A stretch of 64,000 bases of DNA from positions 18,040,095-18,104,094 of the forward strand of contig OZ316891.1 in the NCBI GenBank assembly GCA_973895155.1. Direction: 5' to 3'. The first letter of the stretch is position 1, and each line of letters opens with the position of its first letter. Below the pieces are notes generated by a model. That model was not told the origin of the DNA and did not search any database. It saw nothing but the letters and a program-made list of their open reading frames with translations. The stretch comes from Marsupella aquatica. Its lineage: Eukaryota; Plantae; Marchantiophyta. A program made the position numbers and the translations under genes. Of this stretch, positions 38,611 to 51,300 are shown piece by piece.

Positions 38611-40808
38611 ATGGAACACGCCCTGGATCCTCGGTCCCTCTTTCCCGATGGGGTTTCTGGTGGCCGTGCTCTGGCGGGAAGAAGTGGTGGTAGATCGCTT
38701 GGTGGGCGTACTGGTGGAAGCCAAGGGACAGTACCTGATCGCTATAATAGGAACCCTCAGAATTTCCTGATGAATCAACAATACTCAGCTCAGGATGCGC
38801 GCACCGGCGGGGTGTCACTGCAACGGCCCTTTGATTTGGCATACAACGAGATGGGAGCTCGGTCGTCTGCGCAGGTGAGGAAGGAATCCACTACTTTCCT
38901 ATCAGCACAGGCAGAATGGGAGAAACAGAGAACAGCGGAAGATGGTGGGCACGAAGAGAATGAATTCAACTATGGAACTCAAGTGGGGCCAGCGCAAATT
39001 GAGCATCGAAGGGAAAACATGTATAGGGGTCACATGAGCTCCTTCAGCGGCAGGCACTATGGAAACAATCGACCTCAAGATGCAACTATGATGGACCAAC
39101 GGGAGACTGAAGAAGTTACAGAAGAATGTGTTAGAATTCTAAAAGGGATCGCAGAGAACTCAAAAGAGAAGTGGGAAGACAGCCTCTATACTACTATGGA
39201 ATGGAGCCTAGAGGAAGCGGCAGTTAACGTCCGTCAACTGTACAACTGTGGAGCTTTGTTTTACTTCACCGAAAGGACACCGCTGCTGCAGGTTTTCAGA
39301 GAATGGATTGAAGAGACAATGGTTAAGGAGATGAGGTGGCCGGTGGTCCAGGTTAAGTTTGTAGGCAGGAACTTCTACCTGGTGGTCTTTGAGCAGCCCG
39401 ACCACAGAGATGAAGCACTTGCATCGGCCCCTTGGTTCATGGAGAGGAGATTTGTATATGCATTTGCATGGGAACCAGCGTTTGATGTTAAGAATGAGAG
39501 CTTCACCAAGCTCCCGATTTGGATTGAAATTCCGTTTAGAGCTTTGATTTTGGAAGGATGTCGTCGGAGGATTGCTGAATCTTTTGGACCACTCTTATAC
39601 TACATACAAGGAGAGGAATACAGCTCTTACCCGCATGATAGAGCTTGTATCTTATGGGATACCGAAAGAGAAATACCGGCTAGCGTTCGGATTCAACTGA
39701 GAGAAGACATTGTGATATGGCAACCAGTCATTTTCAGGAACATTCCCTTCCACTGCTACAAATGCAACGTCAAGGGACACCTTGCACGAGACTGCACTAC
39801 GGAATTGCAAGAGAATGACAAAGCTGGGAAGGGGCAAGGTGGGACTTCGGGCCCGGAGAAGAAGGAAACAGGACAAGATTTCAATAACACGACCACAGAT
39901 TTCAATAACACGATCACAGAGATCCACGGACCTGAAGAGATGGGCCCTCCCTCGGCTATTTGTGCAAACGCCACCTTACGCCATGAAGGAGATGCTTTTG
40001 AAGGAGAGGAAATGAACCAAAATGCAGAAATTGAGCAGGATATAGAATCTCGGGGTGCACGATCTAACTTGCTTGTTGCTCATAGTGGTGGGGTTATCAA
40101 TTTGAGCCTGCAGGGCCGTGTGAGGGAGCCCTCGTTCCCTCGCGAGGGAACAGACTACAGGTCCATTGCACCTCTACAAGTCTCAGGGAATGCCTCGAAG
40201 GAAAGCAACACTGTAGTCGTCCCATGGGAAGACTTGACCCGGGAGCGTCGAGCTTTGAACCTGTGCCCTTAGGACGAACTGTAAAGCCGTCTGGACAAAT
40301 CCCTGCTACTCCTAACTCAAGCGCTGGAGGAGAGGAAGCGTTCTCCTATCATGGGGACTCAGATATTGAGATGTCTGAATATGATGAATACATCCTCCGG
40401 AGCCAGGCTAAGGCACGCGCACGAAAGCAGGAAATGAGGACACCCCAGAGAGAAAAGATTAATAAAGAGAAATTAGAAGGGAAAAAGCAACGTTCTCTCC
40501 TGTTCTCACACGATAATCTGATGGATGCAGGTTCTGAGGAGCAATTGGAAGGGATCGATCGGGAGCAAGGACGCTGGGACAAGGAGAGACCTAGATCTGC
40601 GGATGGTAGATCGGAAGGGAGGACCTCGCCTCTGAAGAACCTGGCTATTCGACCCACTGATAAGAATGGCTATACTGTGTCCTCACGGCCTTCAACGCCC
40701 ATGAGTGGTGGGGGGGGGTGCTTCTCCTGGAGGGCGCCCCCGTATCTAATCGCTAACTTTGAATTCTGGGAGCCTCCTTGCGCTCTAAGAAGATGGAGGA
40801 CCGGCTGA
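38611..40808 (+). CDS. LINE ORF1 (DUF4283-like region and CCHC zinc knuckle), frameshifted near the C-terminus
   Basis: GRNFYLVVF, APWFM, AWEPAFD, LPIWIEIP, CYKCNVKGHLARDC. Continues in ORF 40224..40808. Confidence 0.85.
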
Positions 40809-43800
40809 GAATGGCTTCATGGAATGTATGTGGGTTAGGTGAACCAAATAGGAAACAACTAGTCAAACAGTGGATAAAAGGATTAACTGCTCCACTTGGA
40901 GCGCTGGCTCTTCAAGAAGTCAAGACAGATAGCTTTAGATTAGATATAGCACTTCGAGCAATTCTACCTGATTACCACCACTTTATGTCTGAACCAGAGG
41001 AGGGCAGAGGGGGATCGACGCTATCTATTCACCCAAAGTGGAAGGTGCTTAATCAGGGAATCTTAGATTTAGGAAGAGTTGTATGGGTAATTCTAGAACA
41101 TAAGAAAGGGCCGATTGGAATTGCCAACATTTATGCACCAAACTCAGCAAGATCTCGAGCGGCTGTATGGCATGAACTCAAATTGGCTCTACCTCAGGCG
41201 TATTGGATTATATGCGGGGATTTCAACATGACGGAAGATCGTGCGGACTCAACGGGAGGATCTTCGCTTATTAGGGGGCTGGAATCAGAATTTTGGCGCT
41301 TCCTGACAACCAGGTTTGATCTGGTGGATGCAATGAAGATCGGAGGGCTAAAGTCTGGTTCTCTATTCACATGGAGGAGGTGGAGAGGAGAGGAGCTGAT
41401 GCAATCAAGGTTGGATCGCTTCTACGTTAGCGATGGAGGCTGGTGGGTCTGTGGTCCGGTCTGCCTCATGCACGATGGTGGGTCCACGCTTTCTGATCAT
41501 GACCCTATCCTGTTGGAACTTCGACTCCAGGAGGCTGGGGAGTGCGAAGGGTTGGACCGGGTTCACCTCTTTAAGGCTGACCCCACTGTACTGAGAAAAG
41601 AGGAAAACAGGGAGAAGCTCGAAGCTGCCTGGAGGAGCGGAAAGGACAATGCTAGGGATCCACACGCGAGATTTGCCATAGCTTGCAGCTCACTACGGAA
41701 GGCTTACAAGGAAATACAGGCGCTACCAAAGAAGAAGGAAGAAGAAATGAACTTCTTAAGAGCCCAACTACGGAATCTGAAGGAGACGTTAGAAGAATTC
41801 AACTCTGAGGAAACAGTGACGGAGTACGTCCTGGCGGAAGATCAGCTTCACCTGGCTGAAATGGAGGAAGCGATGCTAGGCAGAAGATTGGCACGAATTA
41901 AATGGCTTGGAGAAGGGGAAGAAAGCACTAAATTCTATTTCGCTATGATTAAAGCCAAACAAGACCGAGAGAAGATGTCCTTCCTGCAAAGGGAGGATGA
42001 CTTGACCATAGTGGACCCAACGCTGATAATGAGAGAAGTGGAAAAGCACTGCAACAATCTATACTCCCCTGAGTCACTTTCTTACTCGGAACACCAGGAT
42101 TGTTTGGCTGCTCGGAAGCGGCTGCTGGAGAAAACAAGACACTCTCTTACTGCAGCTGAGATTCGCATGATGGAAGAAATCCCATCGGTAAAAGAGGTTA
42201 AAGATGGACTTTGGTCTCTCCCACTTGATAAGACTCCAGGACCAGACGGACTAACGGCAGAGGTCTTCAGGGCAGGCTGGGATTATATTCACACGGATTT
42301 GCTGGAGATGATACAAGACTACTGGTTAACAGGCAAGCTAGCGGCAAGCATCAAGCTGGGCATTATCAAGCTGATACCCAAGAAAGAGGACAAAAGATTC
42401 TTGAAAGATTGGAGACCACTGACCATGCTAAATACGATTTATAAATTGATTGCTAAGCTTTTGGCTGCCCGGATGCAACTGGTCATCCCTAAGTTGATTA
42501 ACAAGCAGCAAACTGGGTTCATCCCTGGCCGTCACATCTTAGAGAATATATCGGTAGCATGGCTCAGTGGCGAATGGGCTCGGAAGACAAGACGTCCGAC
42601 ACTCTTTCTGAAGCTAGACTTCAAAAAAGCTTTTGACAGGGTAAATCACGATTACTTGTGGGAAACAATGCTTCTCCTGGGGTTCAGTAGTTGGACCATT
42701 CAGCTAGTTCAAGCTTTGCTCTCGACGGCTTCTTCACGGGTGGCTGTGAATGGGCTTATCTCAGAGGCAATTGTGTTGCGTAGGGGGGTGAGGCAGGGCT
42801 GCCCCCTCTCTCCCTTACTCTTTGTGCTGTCCACCCAACCGCTGATGACGTTCTTAGATTCAGAGATCAAATTAAAGAAGGAAGAGTGCAGGGAGTCAAG
42901 ATCAGCGAACAATGTACTATCTGCTTCAGACTCTTTGCAGACGATGTTGGAATGTTTATCCCTGCATGTGAGACTGCATTCTCTGAGGCTAGAGCAGCGC
43001 TGGCCTGCTATGAGTGCGCGTCTGGTGCTACACTGAATCTCCAAAAATTGATTATCATACCATTTGTGCTTGAGCGCATTCCAGAATGGCTAAGCAAAAC
43101 TGAATGCAGGATCAGCAAAGCAGGAGAGCTGCAGATCTATCTTGGGGCGCCATTCGGACTAGAGCTTGGGGCGGATCAAATTCACAAATTCTGTTTAGAC
43201 AAGATCGCTAAGAGATTGGCTTCCTGGGCTAACAAACTGATCTCATTCACTGGAAGGACTCTGTTGATTAAACAGGTTTTGTTGGCTATCCCTATCTACC
43301 ATGTAATGCACTTGCGATCATCTGCTGGGCTGGCAAAGAAATTGGTGGCGCTTTGCAGGCACTTTCTGTGGGGCTATAATCATGAGGGGAACAAGAAGAC
43401 TCCTCTGGTGGCCTGGACGAAGATGGCAAGGCCTAAAACAGAGGGCGGACTTGGTTTCAAAGACTTCCGCACTCACTCTGAGGCTCTACTTACCCAATGG
43501 TTCATGAAGGCTCTGGATTGCCCCACTGCTGAATGGTCGCTATTGCTGCAGGCTAACCTTGATCTCATGGGCTGGAGGCTTTACAAGGTGATACGTCGAA
43601 ACAATTACACTTTCCAGGATAAGCTACTGATGTGTTCGCCACGGGCTAGCGGAGGAATGCCTTACACATGGGGCCTGTGGATGGCTTGGGAGGCCTTAAG
43701 GCGTGGCCTCTCTTTTGTGCCCGGTGTGGATGGTATACCTGGCAGATGGAGCATTCAGGACTCTATTCAATGTCTCGCCGGGCCCCACTCCTGGCCGGTC

Positions 43801-44733
43801 ACTGATTTGGAGGAGGTCACAAAGACCTTAGGGAGACTAGGAATCAGGAAAATAGCTGACTGCTGGTCTGGGGGCTCAGGGGTATGGATCGACCTTTCTT
43901 GTCGCTGGCATTATCTTAGAGGTGTCTCTGAAGAATGTAAGTCACAGTGTGCACTCATACTGGATGTCATCCTTCGTGGCCACTCCTGTTGGCTGGACCT
44001 GGAACCGAGTGCTAGGCAGTGGCGCTGGGCTGACACTCGGGATTTCTCAAAGTCCTTTCGAATTAACAACCAGCGAGCTTACGAACTCTTGAGGGACAAA
44101 AGCACTGACTTTGAGAGATGGAATCGAATTTGGGGATGCAGGCGATCGGAAACAGAATGGAATTCTGTCTGGACTCGAATTTGGACTTATGATTTGTCTT
44201 CCAGGGCAAAAACATTCATTTGGCGCTTGATAGTTGGTGGTCTCTTCACGGGATCTTGGGCTGCTAAGATTGGTGCAGGCTCAGGTATATGCCATGTTTG
44301 CCCTGGGAGAATTGAAAGCATCCCCCACCTTTTCTTTGGCTGTGCTCACGCCATGCTCTGTTGGGGAATCGGAGAGTCCAGCTCCTTGAGACAACTGTTT
44401 GGCAAGGGTTGGGGTAGCCTGGAACTCCTTGTTGCTACTGATTCCAGAACACACACCCAATCTGCCTGCCTTTTCCTGCATTATCAAATGCTGTGGGCTC
44501 TTTGGATGGGACGAAATGAGCAGATTTTTGAGAAAAAGGTGATCCGAGTATTTGACTTTGGGCTGGTCCTATCGGAAACCGAGACTCACTTGCGGGCTGC
44601 GGGCTGGTGCCTCCCCATTGGTGGGCGGCGCATCAGACTGGCTAAGGCTAGGGATCTCATAGCTTTAGAACGACGACAGTGGTTTGCTAGGAGTACTGGC
44701 AGAGTCACCTCTGTGGCTGCGTTGCTGGTCTAG
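40791..44733 (+). pseudogene. LINE ORF2 (AP endonuclease, RT, zf-RVT) with one frameshift
   Basis: SWNVCGL, LQE, NIYAPN, GDFN, SRLDRFY, SDHDP, KTPGPDG, WRPLTMLN, LKLDFKKAFD, GVRQGCPLSP. Frameshift at about 42885, then LFADD and CHVC..ESIPHLFFGC. Confidence 0.93.
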
Positions 44734-45073
44734 GAGTGATAGCTATTGGAAGAGGTCGAATGGGATACCTCGCTTTACCGGCTCTAGGGCTCTAGAAGTT
44801 GACATGATGTATGGGTCACTCACATTTTGGGCCACTAGGTTTAGTCCCCCCTTTTTTCTTTTTTTTATTGTGATTCTGGCCTTTGCTTTTGCCGCTGGCC
44901 TCCCTGAGGGAGTTGTTCTGATGTATCTATGGGGCTGTTTGCTTCCCCCCGGCCGTGGGGTTTTCGCGGTCTCACCTTTTATTATAAAAAATATTTTCCC
45001 AGGAAAACTGTTTAGATTTTCAAATTTTCAAATTTTTTTATTTTTGTTAGTTCTAATAAATGGATGCGACAAC

Positions 45074-45375
45074 CGGAGCCCGCGAGCCGTGGGGCGCGAG
45101 ACGGAGGGCCAGCCCACGAGTAGGCCCAGCCCCGAAAGGGTCTTCCGAGGCGTAAGCGAGGGGCAGCCGGGGAGGAGGAGCCCGCGAGCCGTGGGGCGCG
45201 AGATGGAGGATCGCCCCGTGAGTAGGCGGAGCCCCGAAAGGGTCTACGGGGGCGTAAGCGAGGGGCAGTCGGGGAGGAGGAGCCCGCGAGCCGTGGGGCG
45301 CAAGACGGAGGGCCACCCCGCGAGTAGGCCCAGCCCTGAAAGGGTCTGCCGGGGCGTAAGCGAGAGGCAGCCCAT
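45074..45375. repeat. GC-rich 103-bp tandem repeat x3 in the 5' LTR remnant
   Basis: ggagcccgcgagccgtggggcgc at about 45074, 45177 and 45280. The same array is in the 3' LTR at 48502-48810. Confidence 0.9.
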
Positions 45376-48330
45376 GTGACAAAAGATCCACCCCCAACTC
45401 AGCCAGACCAGCAGGATAGTGATGCACCGGTGTATGGGGGAATGCGACTAGCACGGCTGGAGGAGACCTTTGATGAGGACACACGGAACAAGCTGGACGT
45501 GATCCGGCCGGAGCAGTACACCAAGGTGGAGGTGGGTGAAGGCAAGACACTCAACATTGGTAGCAAGCTGGATGCTACAGAGCAACGCACGATTCAGGAA
45601 TTGTTGAAGGAGTACCAAGACGTATTTGCGTGGAGCCACCAAGATTTGAAAGGAGTGCCACCTGAGTTTGGTGAGCACAACATTGACCTGATGTCAGGAG
45701 CACGACCTGTGAGGCAACGCCAATACCGCCTCAACCCCAAGTACTCACTCATGGTGAAGGAGGAGATTGACCGTTTGTTGGATGCAGGCTTCATTTATCC
45801 GGTCATGCATAGTGAGTGGGTGTCACCCATCGTGATCGTGCCCAAGAAGAAGGGGCCAGACGGGAAGGTGAAAATACGGGTGTGCCAAGATTTTCGAAAG
45901 TTGAATGATGCGACCAAGAAGGATCACTACCTACTGCCGTTTACCGATATTGTGTTGGATATGGTAGCTGGTTGGGAGATTTACAGCTTCTTGGATGGCT
46001 ACTCTGGCTACAACCAAATTTGGATACGGGAGGAGGACCAACTCAAGACGGCTTTCACTACGGAGTGGGGGATTTTTGCATTCCGTAGAATGCCTTTTGG
46101 GTTGTGCAATGCCCCTGGCATGTTCCAGCGGCTCATGATGAATATATTTCATGACTTTTTACGCAGGTTCTTGGAGATCTTTATTGACGACTTTGCTGTC
46201 TATGGCAAACGAGTCAAGCATCCGGAACACTTACGGTTGACTTTTCAACGGTGCCGGGAGACTTGCTTGAGGCTGCATCCTGAGAAATGTTTCTTTGGAA
46301 TTGAGGAGGGGATCCTATTGGGCCACAAAGTGTCTGCACAGGGGATTGAAGTTGACCGTGAGAAGGTGGCCGTGTGGGTAGCAGTCTCATTTCCCAAGAA
46401 TGTAAAGGAAGTGAGAGGGTTCTTGGGGCGTGTTGGATACTATCGACGCTTCATCAAAGACTTTGCCAAGGTAGCCATGCCACTCACCTCCATGTTGAAG
46501 AAGGGAAGTGAATTTGAACCTACTCCACCCCGACAGGCTACTTTTGATGAATTGAAGAAATGTTTGCTAGAGGCTCCCGTACTCATTACGCCCAATTGGA
46601 ATAAGGAGTTCCATGTCTATGTAGACGTATCAGGATTTTGCATCGGTGCCATTTTGAGTCAGTTAGATGATGATGGAAGGGACCATCCCATCTACTTTGC
46701 CAGTAGGCGGTTGGCCCCGGCAGAGAAGAACTACTCACCCACCGATAGGGAGGCACTTGGTATTATTTACGCTTGTAAAAAGTATCGTCATTATTTGTTG
46801 GGATACAAGGTTGTGTTCCACACGGATCACAACAGCTTGAAATACATGGTCAACAAACCAGATCTGTCCGGGAGAATTGCACGTTGGGTTTTGTTGCTGC
46901 AGGAGTTCAACTATGAGGTAAGATCGGGGAAGAGTCACAGCAATGCAGACTTCTTCTCCCGTATTGAGGGAGTATCTGACTCACAGGAGATTGATGATCG
47001 GTTCCCGGATGAAGAAGTGTTCAGCGTGACTACGGAGGCCACTACTTGGTATGGAGAAATTTTGGAATTTCTCCGTACGGCGAGAGTTCCCTCACGTTTG
47101 GGCCCTGAGAGAGCAGCAGTGTTTTTACGTAAGACAGGTCCCTACTTGCTTGTGAAGGGAGTACTTCACAAGTACGACATGGATGGCCGTCTTCGTCGTT
47201 GTTTGGAGGAAGCTGAGATACGTACAGTCATGGCAGCATTACATGAGGAGGAAGCTGGTGGCCACTTTGCACGGGAGACCACCGCAAGGAAAATACTAGA
47301 TGCTGGATATTGGTGGCCAACTCTCTTTCGGGATGTACACCGGTACATCCAGTGATGTGATCCATGCCAGCATCAAGGCAAACCAGGGCCCTCCTCACGC
47401 CACCCATTGGTGCCCATACTTCCTCTTGCACCCTTTGAGAAGTGGGGGGTTGATTTCATTGGCCCCTTCACTCCCATCACTAGAAGAGGGAGGAAGCGCT
47501 ACATCATTCTTGCAACGGACTATGCCACAAAGTGGGTGGAGGCCCGAGCCACTGCCAAGGATGATGCCAACACCACGGCACGTTTTTTGTACGAGCAGAT
47601 TTTTACACGATTTGGTCCCCCATTGGAGCTGGTGAGTGACAGGGGTACTCACTTTCTCAATCATACGATTGAACGTCTGACGGAGAACTACCTGATCTCA
47701 CATAGGAAGACCACTCCGTACCATCCTCGAGCCAACGGGCTCACTGAGAGAGCAAACGGGATCATGGGCAAGATTCTTAACAAGACGGTATCAGCTCACA
47801 AGACAGATTGGGATTTGAAGTTGTTGGCTGCTACTTACGCCTACAACCTGGCTCACAAGACTACCACGGGCCACAGCCCCTATTTCCTTGTGTTTGGACA
47901 ACACTCTCTTGTGCCGGTGGAATTTGAAGTGCCCACCATTCGGATCCTAACACGGGAAAGGGAAGGGGAAGAAAGAAGTGTAGCTGCACGGATCCAACAG
48001 TTGGAGCAACTCACTGAGATAAGAGAAGAGGCTTTGACCCGTACGGAGCAGGAGCAAAGCAAACGGAAGTCACATTATGATTCCCGTCTCCGTCGTGTAT
48101 CCATTGAGGAGGGAGATTTGGTACTCCTCTACGACAGTCGTTTCATGCATTTCCCCGGGAAGTTGCATAGTTACACGTTGGATGGGGCCCTACGTTGTCC
48201 ATGCAATCTACTCCAATGGGTCAGTCCAGCTCAAGACGCTGGAAGGGCAACTACTCAACACACGGATTAATCAAGAACGCCTGAAGAAGTACTACACGGA
48301 GGAGGAGTATGGTGCTCGCGGGGGCGCTTC
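45376..48330 (+). pseudogene. Gypsy pol: RT-RNaseH-integrase
   Basis: WVSPIVIV, QDFRKLN, FLDGYSGYNQI, MPFGLCNAP, FIDDF, VDVSG, EALGI, HTDH, H..GGHF, FEKWGVDF, LVSDRGTHF, NGLTER, WMGPY. In-frame TGA at 47353 and a frameshift at about 48170. Confidence 0.95.
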
Positions 48331-48349
48331 GCAATTAAGAGGGGAGCTA

Positions 48350-51300
48350 TGTAACAGGGCCGCAAACCCAGTAGTAACTTAGTGATGACTTATAATTGCA
48401 TATATAAGTAGAAAGACAAGTAGGTGTAGTAAAAGTGTTTAGATTTTCAAATTTTCAAATTTTCAAATTTTTGTTAGTTCTAATAAATGGATGCGACAAC
48501 CGGAGCCCGCGAGCCGTGGGGCGCGAGACGGAGGGTCGCCCCGCGAGTAGGCGGAGCCCTGAAAGGGTCTGCCGGGGCGTAAGCGAGGGGCAGTCGGGGA
48601 GGAGGAGCCCGCGAGCCATGGGGCGCGAGATGGAGGGCCACCCCGCGAGTAGGCCCAGCCCCGAAAGGGTCTACCGGGGCGTAAGCGAGGGGCAGCCGGG
48701 GAGGAGGAGCCCGCGAGCCATGGGGCGCGAGACGGAGGGTCGCCCCACGAGTAGGCGGAGCCCCGAAAGGGTCTGCCGGGGCGTAAGCGAGGGGCAGCCG
48801 GGGAGGGAAAATTAGCAAAGGAGCCACGAGTTTCCTTTTTTTCCTTCCTATTTTCTCACTTCCTCTCTTTTGCAAGACCAACTCATTGCCGAAAGCAAAA
48901 AACTCGGGCTCTCTCTCAACTCTTGCCAAAAGCTCTCTCCACATTTTGCAATTATTCTGAAAGCCCTTTCTCATGGTCAATTGTTGGGGCTTGTTGGCAT
49001 GATTTCTTCCGAGCATTAGCAGTAGCAGCACGGAGTGGCTTCTGAGGGAATTGAGGGTAATTGATTGATCGGGATACGGGGGCCGTTTCGGGCCAGGGGA
49101 TTGACATTGCTACGGGTGATGGGATTTGGTGATTGAGGATTTGATTTCTGGATGCATGGATGTTGGATCAACCGGAGTTTAGTGCGGCACGCGTTTGGAG
49201 ATACAAGGCTGCTTACCGTGACTACATTGAGATATTGATTGCAAGAGAGAGAGAAGAGAGAAAAGCTACAATGAGTACTGGGCTGGCGGCAAGTTCCACA
49301 CCGGTGAGTAGGAGGGTTTTTCGTCGAATTTATCCCAAAACCTCCACCAAGGTGATGGAGGATTGTAGGAATTTTTTCAAGCCACCGGGCTCACGGAGTT
49401 CATGAAGGTGGAGATTACAATCCCTTTGGGGAAGAGTTGGAATATTGAGGCCGTGATGGAGTTACGTACGGAAGGAATCTACTTTGAATGTCTCCAGCGG
49501 GTAGTGCCCCATGTGGAGTTAGCTAAGCTTCTGTTCCTGGAGAACCAGCAATTCTCATTCACACCTCGGAACATAAGGGGAGAGCTCACGTTGACAATGG
49601 TGGCCGGTTGGGTGATTAATCCCACCTCCACTACTTCCATTCCTCTTTCCGCCGTCAAGGATACTGAGCACAAGGGATTTCTGGCCAAGGTTCATCAACG
49701 GGTCCTTGGTAACGTGCAATCTGGGGTGGTGAATGGAGAGCATTTCGTGGTAGCTATGGACATCAAGAACTATCCAGCCCATGTGTACGGATGGTGGTAC
49801 TATGGGTTGAAGAAGCTATTGGACGCCAATCCCGAGAGTGTGAAACCAGGTGGGGCTGTACATTTGATGGGGTCATTTTTGCTAGCCAGAGCAGAAGGGT
49901 GGATTGTTTCCCCGGGACAGGAAGACACTGGATCATCCCTTACCACGGAAATCAGGAGTATTGCCACTACCATCTTGGGGAAACTAACGGAGGGATCATC
50001 GTCGGCGGTTGGGGATGATAATAGAGAGGAAGAAAACCAGGATGAGGACTCCACAATGGAGTGGCTTGAATCACTTGTGGGAAATACGGAGGAGCCCCTG
50101 GTCTACGACATTCCTGATGTCTACCTGGCGGAGTTACGGGATTTCCGGGAGGGAGTCCATGAGGGACTCAAGCTAGTCCATGCATTGAGAGATTCTCTCA
50201 AGCAGGCCACCGCCAGAGTAGAGACTTTGGAGCAGAGTGCCCTGTCTATGAAGGAGGTGATCAAGGCCAAGGAGGAGGCCATTCATGAGAAGGTTAAACT
50301 TCTCCAAGAAGCTCACGTAGAGATCTCCAACTTGAAGGGAGCCTTGTCCACCAAGGCCAAGGAAGCGGAAGAGGTTGGAGTATTGAAACAGGCATTGGCC
50401 AAAGAGAAGCAGAATTCTGGAGAAGTGGTAGAGTTAAGAGCCAAGGTGGGAACACTACGGGGTCAAATGATGATCTTCGAGACAAGGGCTAAGAGGAGTG
50501 AGGCCTTGAGTCTGGGGAAACGGAAGAGCCCCTGCACACCTAGCTCCACACTTTCCCCGGATTTGGTCTCCAGGGCTATCGAGATGGTGGCGAAGGAAGT
50601 CAGTGGGAAGTATGGACCCCTGTTGGATGCAGCCAAGAAGAGTCAAGAGAAGAGCAAGAGCTTAGAGAAGAAGCTCAGGGAGGTACGTAAATCGTTACGA
50701 GAAGCTCAGGTCAACACGGGGACCCCGAGGATGCCACCCCGATCTGTCACCCCTGGGACTCCCATGGCCACCGGGCAGGTTTTACCATTGGAGTTGCGGT
50801 CCGGTGAAGAGGCGGCCCTATGGAAGGACACCATTGGTGAGGGGTACATTAAGGCGTGGCAGGCCTTGGCCAATTTGAGGAAGCAGGGGAGCACTAGCAC
50901 AAAGACTACCCCGGTAAGAAGAAGAGGAGTGAAGTGGCACTCACTCCAGTGGAGAGTGATGAGGAGGCCCACTCACGGGGCTCAAGCCAGGGCACCGTGA
51001 GTGAAGAGGAGGAGGATTAGAGTGGTCGTACGGACGTGGTTGTACGGACCCTGGACTTTCCAATTTTTTTGTGAGGGGTCACTCACGGGCTTGTTGGGAA
51101 GATCTCGCGGAGCTGATTGCAACAAGGGGCGGCGCTCCTCAAACGGAGCCAGGATGAGCAAGTTATGGCCCGACGAAATTGTGTTTTTGCGATACGGAAA
51201 CGACCATAACTCAGGCGTCCGATGTCCGTTGCGAGTGCGGCTGAGTGATTCGGGATCAGGAGGAGAAGGGCTATCCAAGGGTGAGCTCAAAAGTACAATT

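Larger units (their letters stand above)
38034..45003 (+). mobile_element. L1-clade LINE, near full length, inserted in the Gypsy 5' LTR
   Basis: 12-bp TSD AAAACTGTTTAG at 38022-38033 and 45004-45015. The uninterrupted site is visible in the 3' LTR (about 48431-48445). 5' UTR has (gcggaactgag)n. ORF1 and ORF2 present. Confidence 0.93.

Noticed and set aside
44684-45550. 231-aa and 165-aa ORFs (also 48435..49031)
   Set aside because: They arise from the GC-rich 103-bp LTR repeat and the LINE 3' UTR, and span insertion junctions.
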